From Patescibacteria group bacterium (GTDB lineage Bacteria > Patescibacteriota > Saccharimonadia > CAILAD01 > BJGX01), in the NCBI GenBank assembly GCA_026397045.1, contig JAPLVO010000012.1:10654-74653 (forward strand): a stretch of 64,000 nucleotides of DNA. Reading direction: 5' to 3'. The position numbers and the translations under genes were made by a program. Numbering within the stretch: the stretch's first letter is position 1; each line of letters opens with the position of its first letter. Under the pieces are notes generated by a model. The model did no database searches. It was given only the letters and a program-made list of their open reading frames with translations, and had not been told where the DNA came from. Shown one piece after another: positions 29,606-38,921 of this stretch.

Positions 29606-31390
29606 ATGAAAGAAATTATCAGAATAATTGGTTACTCAGCAAGCCTGTGGCGTTATTACCTCACAATTAGCTTCTTCGTGGTTGTACTTTCGTTATTAAA
29701 TCTAGCATCTCCTTTTATCACCAAAGGCTTAATCGATGGCCTGACGACAAAGTATTCGGGTGGCGCCGTGAGCTTTGGGTATTTTATGGTATTGCTTGGG
29801 CTGATGCTACTAGCTAATATCACCATCACACTACTCTCAAACATAAATGGCTTTATAGGCGATAACATGGCCGTAAAGCTCAATAGCCTATTGTCCCGTA
29901 GGTATTTTGAGCACCTCATGAAGCTACCAATGAGCTATTTTGATAATGAATTAACCGGTAAAATCACCGCCCGATTAGAGCGCTCAATTACTACAATTAG
30001 TATCCTAATGCAAACGCTTGGCAATAATTTCGTGCAGTTCTTCTTGACTACCGCTATAACGCTAATTGTAATTGCATTCTACTCTTGGCAGGTGGCGGTG
30101 CTACTCGTAATAATATTCCCTACATACATATGGATTACTCATCTTTCGAGTAAGTCGTGGCAGAAAACTCAAGAGGGTATCAATAAGGACTTAGATAGCG
30201 CTAACGGCCGCTTTGTCGAGAGTATTGCACAGGTTCGGGTGGTAAAATCATTTGTTAGCGAAAACCGCGAAGTAGGCTTTTTTGGTCTTAAACGAAAATC
30301 TATCGAAGGCCAAACGAAGCTACAGTCCGCGCACTGGCACAAGTATGATGTTATGCGCAGGGTTATTCTAAATATTGTATTTTTTGCCATTTATGTAGTC
30401 ATCATATGGCAAGGCTACCAAGGAGCTTATGGCTTAGGTACGGTGGTGCTTTTAATTACCCTAGTCATCCAGGCCGAGTTCCCGCTATTTGCTAGTAGCT
30501 TTATTATAGATGCCCTGCAAAGGGCCAGCGCTGGTAGCAAGGATTACTTTGAGGTCATGAATACCGAGCCTAGTATTACCGACAAGTCTGATTCTAAAAT
30601 ATTTAAAGTCAAAAAAGGCAAAGTGGAGTATCGAAAGGTTGATTTTGGCTATGAAGGCGGCGCTAGTGTACTAAAGGATGTCAGCTTTACGCTGGAGCCA
30701 GGCAGTAAGCTAGCCTTAGTGGGGGAATCGGGTGAGGGCAAAAGCACCATCGCGAACTTGCTTTTGCGCTTCTATGAAGTAAATGCTGGGTCAATATTTA
30801 TTGATGGTCAGGATGTTAGGGATGTATCGCAAAAAAGCCTCAGGGCTAGTGTCGGGGTGGTATTCCAGGAGCCGTTGCTATTTTCTGGAACAGTCCGAGA
30901 AAACATTGCCTACTCCGAACCAAAGGCTAAATTATCGGTAATTATAGCCGCCGCAAAAGCCGCCAACGCCTATGGTTTTATCAGTAAATTACCCAAGGGC
31001 CTTGATACTGAGATTGGCGAACGAGGAGTAAAGCTAAGTGGCGGTCAAAAGCAACGCATTGCCATAGCTCGGGCAATTGTTAAGGATCCAGCGATATTAA
31101 TTCTCGATGAGGCCACCAGCAGCCTTGATAGTAAAGCCGAGCACGAAGTCCAGCAGGCACTAGAGCGGCTAATGGAAAATCGCACCACGCTTATTATTGC
31201 TCATCGTCTGAGTACGATAGCTAATGTCGATACTATTGTTGGGCTTCGCAAAGGCCGAGTGATAGAACAGGGCTCACCAGCTGAGCTCAAAGATGGTAAT
31301 GGTATCTATGCCGAGCTACTAAAGCTTCAGACTCTCGGCCAAACGGAAGTCGGCCAAGCCAAACTCAAGAAATACGATATTTCGAGCTAA
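29606..31390 (+). CDS. ABC exporter, fused permease/ATPase (MsbA/Sav1866-like)
   Basis: Six TM segments, GESGEGKST, LSGGQKQR, ILDEATS, IAHRLST. Confidence 0.95.
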   Translation: MKEIIRIIGYSASLWRYYLTISFFVVVLSLLNLASPFITKGLIDGLTTKYSGGAVSFGYFMVLLGLMLLANITITLLSNINGFIGDNMAVKLNSLLSRRYFEHLMKLPMSYFDNELTGKITARLERSITTISILMQTLGNNFVQFFLTTAITLIVIAFYSWQVAVLLVIIFPTYIWITHLSSKSWQKTQEGINKDLDSANGRFVESIAQVRVVKSFVSENREVGFFGLKRKSIEGQTKLQSAHWHKYDVMRRVILNIVFFAIYVVIIWQGYQGAYGLGTVVLLITLVIQAEFPLFASSFIIDALQRASAGSKDYFEVMNTEPSITDKSDSKIFKVKKGKVEYRKVDFGYEGGASVLKDVSFTLEPGSKLALVGESGEGKSTIANLLLRFYEVNAGSIFIDGQDVRDVSQKSLRASVGVVFQEPLLFSGTVRENIAYSEPKAKLSVIIAAAKAANAYGFISKLPKGLDTEIGERGVKLSGGQKQRIAIARAIVKDPAILILDEATSSLDSKAEHEVQQALERLMENRTTLIIAHRLSTIANVDTIVGLRKGRVIEQGSPAELKDGNGIYAELLKLQTLGQTEVGQAKLKKYDISS

Positions 31391-31410
31391 GACAGACAAA
31401 TTATCAACTT

Positions 31411-32253
31411 ATGAACACAGCTAAGCCATATAAATTTTATAATCTGATATCTAAAGGCAAGCCCTCGCTGAATCAGCAATTTGAATTTGGCTTTGGCAAA
31501 AAAATAGTATTTCTGCACGGTCTTGGCTCATCTGGTCGTTACTGGTCCGAGACATCACGCCTTTTGGCGGGCCATTACCGCACTTTTAGCTTCGATCTAC
31601 TAGGCTTTGGCGAATCCCCAAAGCCTAACGAACTCGACTACTTTCTATGGCAACAAGCCGATGCTCTTAGGCAGGGTCTGTGGGATAGACGAATATGGGG
31701 TAGGGTTAATATCGTCGGCCATTCACTCGGCGGTTTGGTGGCATTAGAATTTGCCAAGCGTTATCCAAAAAAAGTTTCTTGTTTGGTGCTGTCGAATATA
31801 CCGGTCATATTACAAAGATCAGAACATCAGCGTGTCGAGAAAAACTATGCACTGATTTACGAGCTATTAAAAAATGAGCTACATCGCAAGGGGCTCAAGA
31901 CCGTCCGTAGCTCAAAAGTTATTCAGCATAAGATACTACCGCGCTACGCCAAAACGAAGCTTGCCCAGAAGGTCTTCTCAGACTACGATCTGGATCATAT
32001 CAGCCGATATGCCTACAACCAGTCGATCAAAAACTCAATCGAGAGTCAGCAGACAATGCAGGGTTTAGATAAGATTAAGGCACCAGTCTATATTGTTAGA
32101 GCAAGCAAAGACCGCGCGGTTATAAAAGGCAATGTTTCTAAGCTAGCCAGCCATGTAGCTAATTCGAAAATAATTGATGTTGTGGGTGGACACCAGTATC
32201 CGATTCAGCACGCTGGGGGGTTTGCCAAGATAATCATTGATAATTTGCACTAA
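31411..32253 (+). CDS. Alpha/beta fold hydrolase
   Basis: FLHGLG, DLLGFGES, GHSLGG nucleophile elbow, GGHQYP. Confidence 0.9.
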   Translation: MNTAKPYKFYNLISKGKPSLNQQFEFGFGKKIVFLHGLGSSGRYWSETSRLLAGHYRTFSFDLLGFGESPKPNELDYFLWQQADALRQGLWDRRIWGRVNIVGHSLGGLVALEFAKRYPKKVSCLVLSNIPVILQRSEHQRVEKNYALIYELLKNELHRKGLKTVRSSKVIQHKILPRYAKTKLAQKVFSDYDLDHISRYAYNQSIKNSIESQQTMQGLDKIKAPVYIVRASKDRAVIKGNVSKLASHVANSKIIDVVGGHQYPIQHAGGFAKIIIDNLH

Positions 32254-32371
32254 ACTACATAAATACCAATATCCTAGCTCTAGTTTGCCACATAAAGCTA
32301 TTGACATAGCAGGCTTAAAGATGTAGAGTCTGGCGTATCCGAACCGAACATTACGATTTTTAGGAGGTGTA

Positions 32372-32611
32372 ATGAAACTCGGGTACTTTACCCCCAGCCA
32401 AGCCCTCCAGGAGCTAGAAAGAATTCTAGCCGATGGAAGGGTGGTAGAGGTACAAATGAGGGGCTCAGAAGCCCACCTTTGCTCTTCTGCTCCAAATGCT
32501 GAATTGGCAAAACTCATTTCTGGACATAGCTCTTATGAGTTTTGTTCTGAGGCTACTATCTCCGAAAACGGAGAAAATAAACTAGTCCTAACCATTATCC
32601 CGGTCAATTGA
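32372..32611 (+). CDS. Hypothetical small protein
   Basis: TTGACA-17-TAGAGT promoter (32301-32329), AGGAGG SD, terminator directly after the stop. Confidence 0.7.
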   Translation: MKLGYFTPSQALQELERILADGRVVEVQMRGSEAHLCSSAPNAELAKLISGHSSYEFCSEATISENGENKLVLTIIPVN

Positions 32612-32639
32612 TCCCGCCCCTGTAATTTGGGGGCGGGAT
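32611..32639 (+). terminator. GC-rich hairpin terminator
   Basis: ATCCCGCCCC...GGGGCGGGAT. Confidence 0.7.
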
Positions 32640-32675
32640 TAAACTTGAAAAATCAGTTTTGTTCTGCTATTATTA

Positions 32676-32767
32676 TCACGCAAAAGTAATTTAACGAAAC
32701 ATATTGATTATTAGCTCCTCCCGCTTGGGAAAATCAATAGATGCAAATTAAGGAGATTTACACAATT
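32676..32767 (+). promoter_or_regulatory. Structured rpsB leader (candidate S2 autoregulatory RNA)
   Basis: TTGAAA-17-TATTAT promoter; TATTGATT/AATCAATA stem; internal CTCCT complementary to the AGGAG SD. Confidence 0.5.
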
Positions 32768-33565
32768 ATGGCAAAGACAACACAGGCTGATCCAAAAAAG
32801 CCTATCAAAGAATCTATTAAGGCTGATGATACATTATTGAAACAGCTTCTAGAGGCAGGCGCTCATTTTGGGCACCGGCAGGATCGCTGGAACCCTAAGA
32901 TGAAACCTTATATCTACGGAGCCAGGGGCGGAGTACATATAATTGACCTTACAAAGACCCACGACCAGCTGTTGATAGCCGAGAAGTTCATTGAAGACAC
33001 CACTAAAATAGGCGGCACAATCTTATTTGTTAGCACCAAGCGCCAAGCTCGCCCAATTATTCAAAAGGCCGCCAGCGACACAGCGATGCCCTTCGTAATC
33101 AATCGATGGCTAGGTGGGATGCTGACTAATTTAGAAACAATCCAGACACGAGTTACTAAGCTCAAGAAGCTCCAGGAGGAATCGAGTGAGGGGAGCTTGG
33201 TGGGCACTAAAAAAGAACGCGCTGATCAAGAGCGCGAGATGGAAAAACTAAGTAAGGTGTTCACAGGAATATCCGAGATGCAAAATTTGCCATCGGCAGT
33301 ATTTATCGTGGATATAATGCGCGACGACATCGCTGTTTCTGAGGCCAATAAGCTAGGGATCCCAATTGTTGCAATTTGCGATACCAATACCAATCCCGAA
33401 CTAATAACATACCCCGTAGCTGCTAACGATGATGCCGTAAAGACTATAAGCCTGATCGTTTCAAGAATAACAGCGGCGGCTCTGCGAGGCAGTGAGCTTT
33501 ATAAAGCCAAAACAGCTGAGTCCGCCCAAAAGGAAGCAGCCAAGAATAATCAGGAGGAAAAGTAA
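32768..33565 (+). CDS. rpsB: 30S ribosomal protein S2
   Basis: LLEAGAHFGH, WNPKM, RWLGGMLTN, DTNTNP, NDDA; start at the ATG after AAGGAG. Confidence 0.98.
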   Translation: MAKTTQADPKKPIKESIKADDTLLKQLLEAGAHFGHRQDRWNPKMKPYIYGARGGVHIIDLTKTHDQLLIAEKFIEDTTKIGGTILFVSTKRQARPIIQKAASDTAMPFVINRWLGGMLTNLETIQTRVTKLKKLQEESSEGSLVGTKKERADQEREMEKLSKVFTGISEMQNLPSAVFIVDIMRDDIAVSEANKLGIPIVAICDTNTNPELITYPVAANDDAVKTISLIVSRITAAALRGSELYKAKTAESAQKEAAKNNQEEK

Positions 33566-34156
33566 TTGAACATAGACGATATTAAAAAACTGCGTGAATC
33601 TACCGGGGCTGGCATGATGGACGCCAAGTCGGCACTTGAAGAGGCTAAGGGGGATTTTGATAAAGCCGTAGTGGTGTTGCGCAAAAAAGGCCTCGCCAAG
33701 GCTGCTAAGAAAGCCGAGCGTACAGCTGCGGTCGGAGTAGTAGAGAGCTATGTACATAGCGATAAGATTGGCGTTCTGGTGGAGGTTAATTGCGAGACCG
33801 ACTTCGTAGCACGCACCGATGATTTTAAGTTATTTACCAAGGATATTGCCATGCATATTGCTGCCGCCAACCCTACCTATCTCCTGCCCAGTGATATTTC
33901 GCAAAATGATCTAGACAAAGAGAAAGAAATATTCGCAGATGAGCTTAAGGCTAGCGGCAAGCCAGCCGAGCATGCTGAAAAGATTATAGAAGGCAAATTG
34001 GCTAAGTGGTATGAGGATGTCTGCCTTATGAACCAACCTTTCATAAAGGACCCCAGCCAGACTATAGAGCAGCTCAGGCAAGCTCTTGTTGGAAAGCTCG
34101 GCGAGAATATCATAATTCGAAGGTTTAGCCGTATTGAAGTGGGTGGCTTAGAATAG
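33566..34156 (+). CDS. tsf: Elongation factor Ts (short form)
   Basis: LRESTGAGMMDAK, EVNCETDFVA, IRRFSR. Confidence 0.97.
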   Translation: MNIDDIKKLRESTGAGMMDAKSALEEAKGDFDKAVVVLRKKGLAKAAKKAERTAAVGVVESYVHSDKIGVLVEVNCETDFVARTDDFKLFTKDIAMHIAAANPTYLLPSDISQNDLDKEKEIFADELKASGKPAEHAEKIIEGKLAKWYEDVCLMNQPFIKDPSQTIEQLRQALVGKLGENIIIRRFSRIEVGGLE

Positions 34157-34179
34157 CCTTCTCGGCTATACTATAACTC

Positions 34180-34740
34180 ATGGAAACTCAACTACTAAAG
34201 TCGGCCGAGGCTAAATTCAAAGCCACCCTAGAACACTTCGAGAGTGAGCTGACGGGTGTAAGGACTGGCCGAGCTAGTGCAGGGTTGGTAGACACTATTC
34301 GAGTCGAAGTTTACGGCCAGTCGATGCCCTTAAAAACAATCGCAACCATCTCAACCCCAGATGCCAAAACCATTCAAATCCAACCCTGGGATCAGTCTAA
34401 TTTATCATTTATCGAAAAGGCTATTAGCGAAAATCCAAATCTCGGCCTCAACCCCAGTAACGACGGTAGAGTAATTCGAATTGCTGTCCCTGCTTTATCT
34501 GAAGAGACCAGAATCCAACTCATTAAGCTAGTCAAGGAAAAGGCCGAATTGGCTAATGTTAGTTTGCGCAACGGTAGGCATGAAGCCCTTAACACAGCCA
34601 AAACCAAAGAAAAAGCTAAAGTGCTTACCCAGGATCAAGTAACTAAGCTCCAAAAGGCGATAGATAGCCTTATTGATACCTACAATAAGAGTGTTCAAGC
34701 TATAGTCGTTAAAAAAGAACAGGAACTGATGTCGGTTTAA
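34180..34740 (+). CDS. frr: Ribosome recycling factor
   Basis: VRTGRAS, IQPWD, NPSNDG, PALSEETR. Confidence 0.96.
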   Translation: METQLLKSAEAKFKATLEHFESELTGVRTGRASAGLVDTIRVEVYGQSMPLKTIATISTPDAKTIQIQPWDQSNLSFIEKAISENPNLGLNPSNDGRVIRIAVPALSEETRIQLIKLVKEKAELANVSLRNGRHEALNTAKTKEKAKVLTQDQVTKLQKAIDSLIDTYNKSVQAIVVKKEQELMSV

Positions 34741-35447
34741 TGGCCATCCAAGCACACCACAATGCTGGATTACCTCGCCATATTGGGTTTATTTTAGATG
34801 GGAATCGTCGGTGGGCGAAAGAAAAAGGGCTACCCAAACTAGTAGGGCACAAAAAGGGCTATGAGAACCTTAAGACGATATCTCAGGCCTGTTTTGACAA
34901 AGGAATCGAGGTCGTATCAGCCTATATATTTTCCACTGAAAACTGGAATAGGGAGGCCGATGAAGTAGATTATTTGATGGGGCTAGCTCTTAAGCTATTT
35001 AAGACCGACCTAGAAGAGTTGATGCAGAAAAACATCAAGGTGGTAGTTTCTGGTTCTAGGGATAAGCTTGCCGCCAATATCCTGGAGGCCATGGACGAAA
35101 CTATTTCAAAGACCAAAGATAACACCTCGGGTATTATTAATGTCTGTTTCAATTATGGTGGCCAGGCAGATATTGTATCTGCAGTTGCTGCAATTATTAA
35201 AAATAAAGTAGACCCAAGCAAGATAACCCCTCAGCTTATTCGATCTGAGCTGAGCCACCCAGAGCTACCGCCGGTCGATTATATAGTTAGAACTTCTGGC
35301 GAACAGCGACTAAGCAACTTTTTGCTCTGGGATAGTGCCTATGCCGAGCTAGAATTTGTCGATGTCCACTGGCCGGGGTTTAAGCTACAAGACCTCGAAG
35401 CTGTTCTGGACGAATATAAATCCCGTAAAAGGCGATTTGGCAGCTGA
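34740..35447 (+). CDS. uppS: Undecaprenyl diphosphate synthase
   Basis: ILDGNRRWA, FSTENWNR, RTSGEQRLSNFLLW. Confidence 0.97.
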   Translation: MAIQAHHNAGLPRHIGFILDGNRRWAKEKGLPKLVGHKKGYENLKTISQACFDKGIEVVSAYIFSTENWNREADEVDYLMGLALKLFKTDLEELMQKNIKVVVSGSRDKLAANILEAMDETISKTKDNTSGIINVCFNYGGQADIVSAVAAIIKNKVDPSKITPQLIRSELSHPELPPVDYIVRTSGEQRLSNFLLWDSAYAELEFVDVHWPGFKLQDLEAVLDEYKSRKRRFGS

Positions 35448-36520
35448 TGATTAATATATTATTTATAATTATAATATTTTCATTGCTTGTTATCGCGCAC
35501 GAATTAGGCCATTTTATAGCCGCTAGGCGTAACGGCGTGGCTGTCGATGAATTCGGCATTGGCTTTCCGCCAAAATTATTCGGGCTCAAGAAGCGAGGCA
35601 CGCTTTATAGTATAAATCTGCTACCAATCGGTGGATTTGTTAGGCTCAAGGGAGAAGATGACCAAGTAGTAGGTAAGGATAGCTTTTCGGCTCAACCCTA
35701 TAAGGCCAAGACCAAAATAATATTAGCAGGTGTAGCTGTAAACCTAGCCATCGCGTATGCCATACTGCTAATTTTGATGGTAGCTGGCTTGCCAGCAATA
35801 CTGCCTAATGGCTTTGTTAATGTTGGGCCTATTAAGCCCGCCAGCATCGAAAAATCTGCTCTTTTGACAGTTTCAGTGGCTAAGGGCTCGGCCGCAGAGA
35901 AAGCTGGTTTGAAGCCAGGCACCGAAATTATCCAGCTCAATAGTACTCCGGTTCTTAGCTTTGATCAGCTCAGAGACTTTACTCAAGCCAACGCTGGCCA
36001 AGAGGTTTTGATAACTACTCGTAAAAACGGCGAGACCAAGCAGGTGCAGGTTCAGCTCGGCAATGATCCCGAGGCTGGCTATCTAGGGCTAGTTGCTCAG
36101 CCAATCGAAATTGCACGATATTCTCCCATTACTGCGATTTTTGCCGCTGCCATCGGAGTAGTCCAGCTGGCACTGGCCACCTTAGCTGCCTTCGGAAGTT
36201 TTATAGCTGGGCTATTTACTAAGGCTCAAGTAAGTAGTAGCGTGGCAGGCCCAGTAGGCATAGTGGGCCTATTTACAGGCGTGATGCAATTTGGTTGGCG
36301 TCATGTACTGGCCTTCATCGCTTCAATATCTTTAAGCCTAGCAGTTATCAATAGCCTGCCAATACCAGGCCTGGACGGCGGCAGATTTGCCTTAATAACT
36401 CTAGCTAGGCTAGGCTTTAAAATAACTCCCAAAAACGAGGCCCTGGTTCATTACTTTGGCTTCGGGTTTTTGATTATTTTGATAGTAATTGTAACAATCT
36501 CGGATATATCGCGACTTTAG
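35447..36520 (+). CDS. rseP: Site-2 (M50) intramembrane metalloprotease RseP
   Basis: HELGH, PIGGFV, PDZ, NSLPIPGLDGG. Confidence 0.95.
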   Translation: MINILFIIIIFSLLVIAHELGHFIAARRNGVAVDEFGIGFPPKLFGLKKRGTLYSINLLPIGGFVRLKGEDDQVVGKDSFSAQPYKAKTKIILAGVAVNLAIAYAILLILMVAGLPAILPNGFVNVGPIKPASIEKSALLTVSVAKGSAAEKAGLKPGTEIIQLNSTPVLSFDQLRDFTQANAGQEVLITTRKNGETKQVQVQLGNDPEAGYLGLVAQPIEIARYSPITAIFAAAIGVVQLALATLAAFGSFIAGLFTKAQVSSSVAGPVGIVGLFTGVMQFGWRHVLAFIASISLSLAVINSLPIPGLDGGRFALITLARLGFKITPKNEALVHYFGFGFLIILIVIVTISDISRL

Positions 36521-36559
36521 CTCTGGTCAGTACTCTACTAGCTTGGTAGACTAGTATCT

Positions 36560-37612
36560 ATGATAGATTCAATTTTGGGTAAATTTTCGCACGATATCGG
36601 CATAGACCTAGGTACTGCCAATACCTTAGTTTATGTCCGCGGGAAAGGCATAGTCGTAAATGAGCCTTCGGTGGTCGCGATTAATACCAAGAACCGCCAG
36701 ATCCTGGCAATAGGCGATGAAGCTAAGCGAATGGTCGGCAAAACCCCAGCCAATATCGTGGCCACAAGGCCTCTTGTAGATGGAGTTGTTAGTGATTTTG
36801 AAATTACAGAACAGATGCTGCGATATTTCATCGAGAAGGTCCATCGTGAAAGCTTCGTACTATTCCCTAGACCTCGAGTAGTAATTGGTATTCCATCGGG
36901 TGTTACTGAAGTCGAACGGCGCGCCGTTGAGGACGCCGCCACCAATGCAGGTGCTAGGCAAGCTTTTTTGATAGAAGAGCCTATGGCCGCCGCGATTGGT
37001 AGCGGGCTATCTATCCATGATGCGGCCGGCAGTATGGTGGTTGATATTGGCGGCGGAACTAGCGAGGTGGCGGTTATTAGCCTCGGGGGGATAGTAGCCA
37101 GCCGATCCATAAGAATTGCAGGTGATGAGCTGACAGAGGATATAATTAGCTATTGCAAAGAGGAGTTTAGCCTCCACATAGGGGAAAGAACAGCCGAGAG
37201 CATTAAAATAAATATTGGCTCAGCGGTGAAGCTTAATAAGATTCTGGAGGCTCCAGTCAGAGGCCGAGACATGGTAACGGGCCTGCCCAAGGAAATAATT
37301 GTAAATTCTAATCAAGTGCGCCAGGCTCTAGCTAAAAGCGTACGATCCATTGTCGATGCTGTTAAATACACTATCGAGGAGACCCCACCCGAACTGCTGG
37401 CCGACATCATGGACAAGGGAGTATACCTGGCTGGCGGCGGCGCACTATTAAGAGGCCTCGATGCCCTGCTTGCCCAGCAAACTAAGATGCCCGTGCACAT
37501 TGCAGCCGATCCTTTAACCTCAGTCGCCAGAGGAACTGGAATGGTCCTGGAGGACCTGGATAGCCTTAAGGATGTGCTGGTCTCAACTCAGTACGAGAAG
37601 GCACCCTACTAG
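36560..37612 (+). CDS. mreB: Rod shape-determining protein MreB
   Basis: IDLGTANT, IEEPMAAA, DIGGGTSE, AGGGALL. Confidence 0.98.
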   Translation: MIDSILGKFSHDIGIDLGTANTLVYVRGKGIVVNEPSVVAINTKNRQILAIGDEAKRMVGKTPANIVATRPLVDGVVSDFEITEQMLRYFIEKVHRESFVLFPRPRVVIGIPSGVTEVERRAVEDAATNAGARQAFLIEEPMAAAIGSGLSIHDAAGSMVVDIGGGTSEVAVISLGGIVASRSIRIAGDELTEDIISYCKEEFSLHIGERTAESIKINIGSAVKLNKILEAPVRGRDMVTGLPKEIIVNSNQVRQALAKSVRSIVDAVKYTIEETPPELLADIMDKGVYLAGGGALLRGLDALLAQQTKMPVHIAADPLTSVARGTGMVLEDLDSLKDVLVSTQYEKAPY

Positions 37613-37620
37613 GAGCCCTC

Positions 37621-38418
37621 ATGAAGCAAAGATACTCCGTTACAGTAGTTGTAATATGCCTAGTGGCATTGTTGGTAATAGCCCTACGCTACGCTGGCGG
37701 ATTCTGGCCCTTTAGGATTATTAATGACCAAATCATCAACCCTATTGGGGCCGGGATTAGCCAGGCCGGTCGTGGACTTAGGGATAATATAGAATTAATC
37801 ACCAGGGCATCGGAGCTATCGCAGATTAGTAAAAACCAGGATGCAGAAATATTAGAGCTCAAAAACCAGCTCTCCAGCCTTAAGGAAATCGCTAATGAAA
37901 ACGAACAGCTCCGAGGCCAGCTAAAGTTTAATGAACGATTGTCGTTAAATCTTACGGCCGCGCGAGTAGTGTCTAGCGAAGGCACTAGTCTGCGTAAGTA
38001 CATCACCATAGATCGTGGCAAAAACAGCGGCCTGGCCAGCGGCATGGCGGTGCTTTCGTCGGGCGTGTTAGTAGGTACTATAGATCGAGTTGAGGACTTT
38101 AGCTCGACGGTGTTTCTGACCTCCGATCCAGAGTTTAGGATTAGAGCAATAGGCCAGGATGGCAGAGCCCAGGGGATAGTGCGTGGCCAGCTCGGCCAAG
38201 GCTATCTATTCGAAAAGATCACCCAGGCCGAATCTATAACCATCTCCGAACAAATCGTGTCGTCAGGCTCAGGGCTAGTACCCAAGGGGATCTTGATAGG
38301 TCAAGTGGAGTCTATCTCGAAGAGTGATAATGCCGTATTCCAGTCGGCCCAGCTCAAGCCGCTGGTCGACCTGTCTAGGCTCGAGGTGGTATTTGTAGTA
38401 ACGGGTCTCAAGCAATGA
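37621..38418 (+). CDS. mreC: Rod shape-determining protein MreC
   Basis: TM plus coiled coil ENEQLR, ITIDRG, PKGILIGQV; operon position. Confidence 0.93.
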   Translation: MKQRYSVTVVVICLVALLVIALRYAGGFWPFRIINDQIINPIGAGISQAGRGLRDNIELITRASELSQISKNQDAEILELKNQLSSLKEIANENEQLRGQLKFNERLSLNLTAARVVSSEGTSLRKYITIDRGKNSGLASGMAVLSSGVLVGTIDRVEDFSSTVFLTSDPEFRIRAIGQDGRAQGIVRGQLGQGYLFEKITQAESITISEQIVSSGSGLVPKGILIGQVESISKSDNAVFQSAQLKPLVDLSRLEVVFVVTGLKQ

Positions 38419-38921
38419 AGACAGTATTATTAGCCATCGCCCTAGTTATCAGTATTTTGCTACAATTATTTTTCCTACAAAGCTGGCAAGCAGATGGTAT
38501 TTCAGCCAATGTCGTGTTGGCATATTTGGCCATAATTAGTATTTATACCAGCACCGAGCAAATGCTCTGGATGTCGCTCTTTGCCGGGCTATCGAGCGAT
38601 ATTTATTCTTCAGGAGACTTTGGATTCTACTTAGGCTTTTATCTATTAGTAGCAGTTGCTTGTAAGTACTTGTTTAAGTTTGGAAGCCAGGAGCATTCCT
38701 GGTGGAAGCCGATATTTTTTTTAGCTTTCGCGGCTAGCGCCCAGAGCCTAGTGGTTAGCCTGCCTCTTTACAGTTCCAGCCCTGCCTGGCAAGTGACACA
38801 ACAAGCCCTGACCTTCGTTATATTAACTGTAGGGGTGGGGGTTTTGTGGTATTTACTATTAAGCCAACTACTCGAGATGGCAAATAGAATTAAACTGCCA
38901 GGAATATTAAATATCAAATGA
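38415..38921 (+). CDS. mreD: Rod shape-determining protein MreD (divergent)
   Basis: Five TM segments, AGLSSDI; lies between mreC and mrdA. Confidence 0.75.
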   Translation: MKTVLLAIALVISILLQLFFLQSWQADGISANVVLAYLAIISIYTSTEQMLWMSLFAGLSSDIYSSGDFGFYLGFYLLVAVACKYLFKFGSQEHSWWKPIFFLAFAASAQSLVVSLPLYSSSPAWQVTQQALTFVILTVGVGVLWYLLLSQLLEMANRIKLPGILNIK

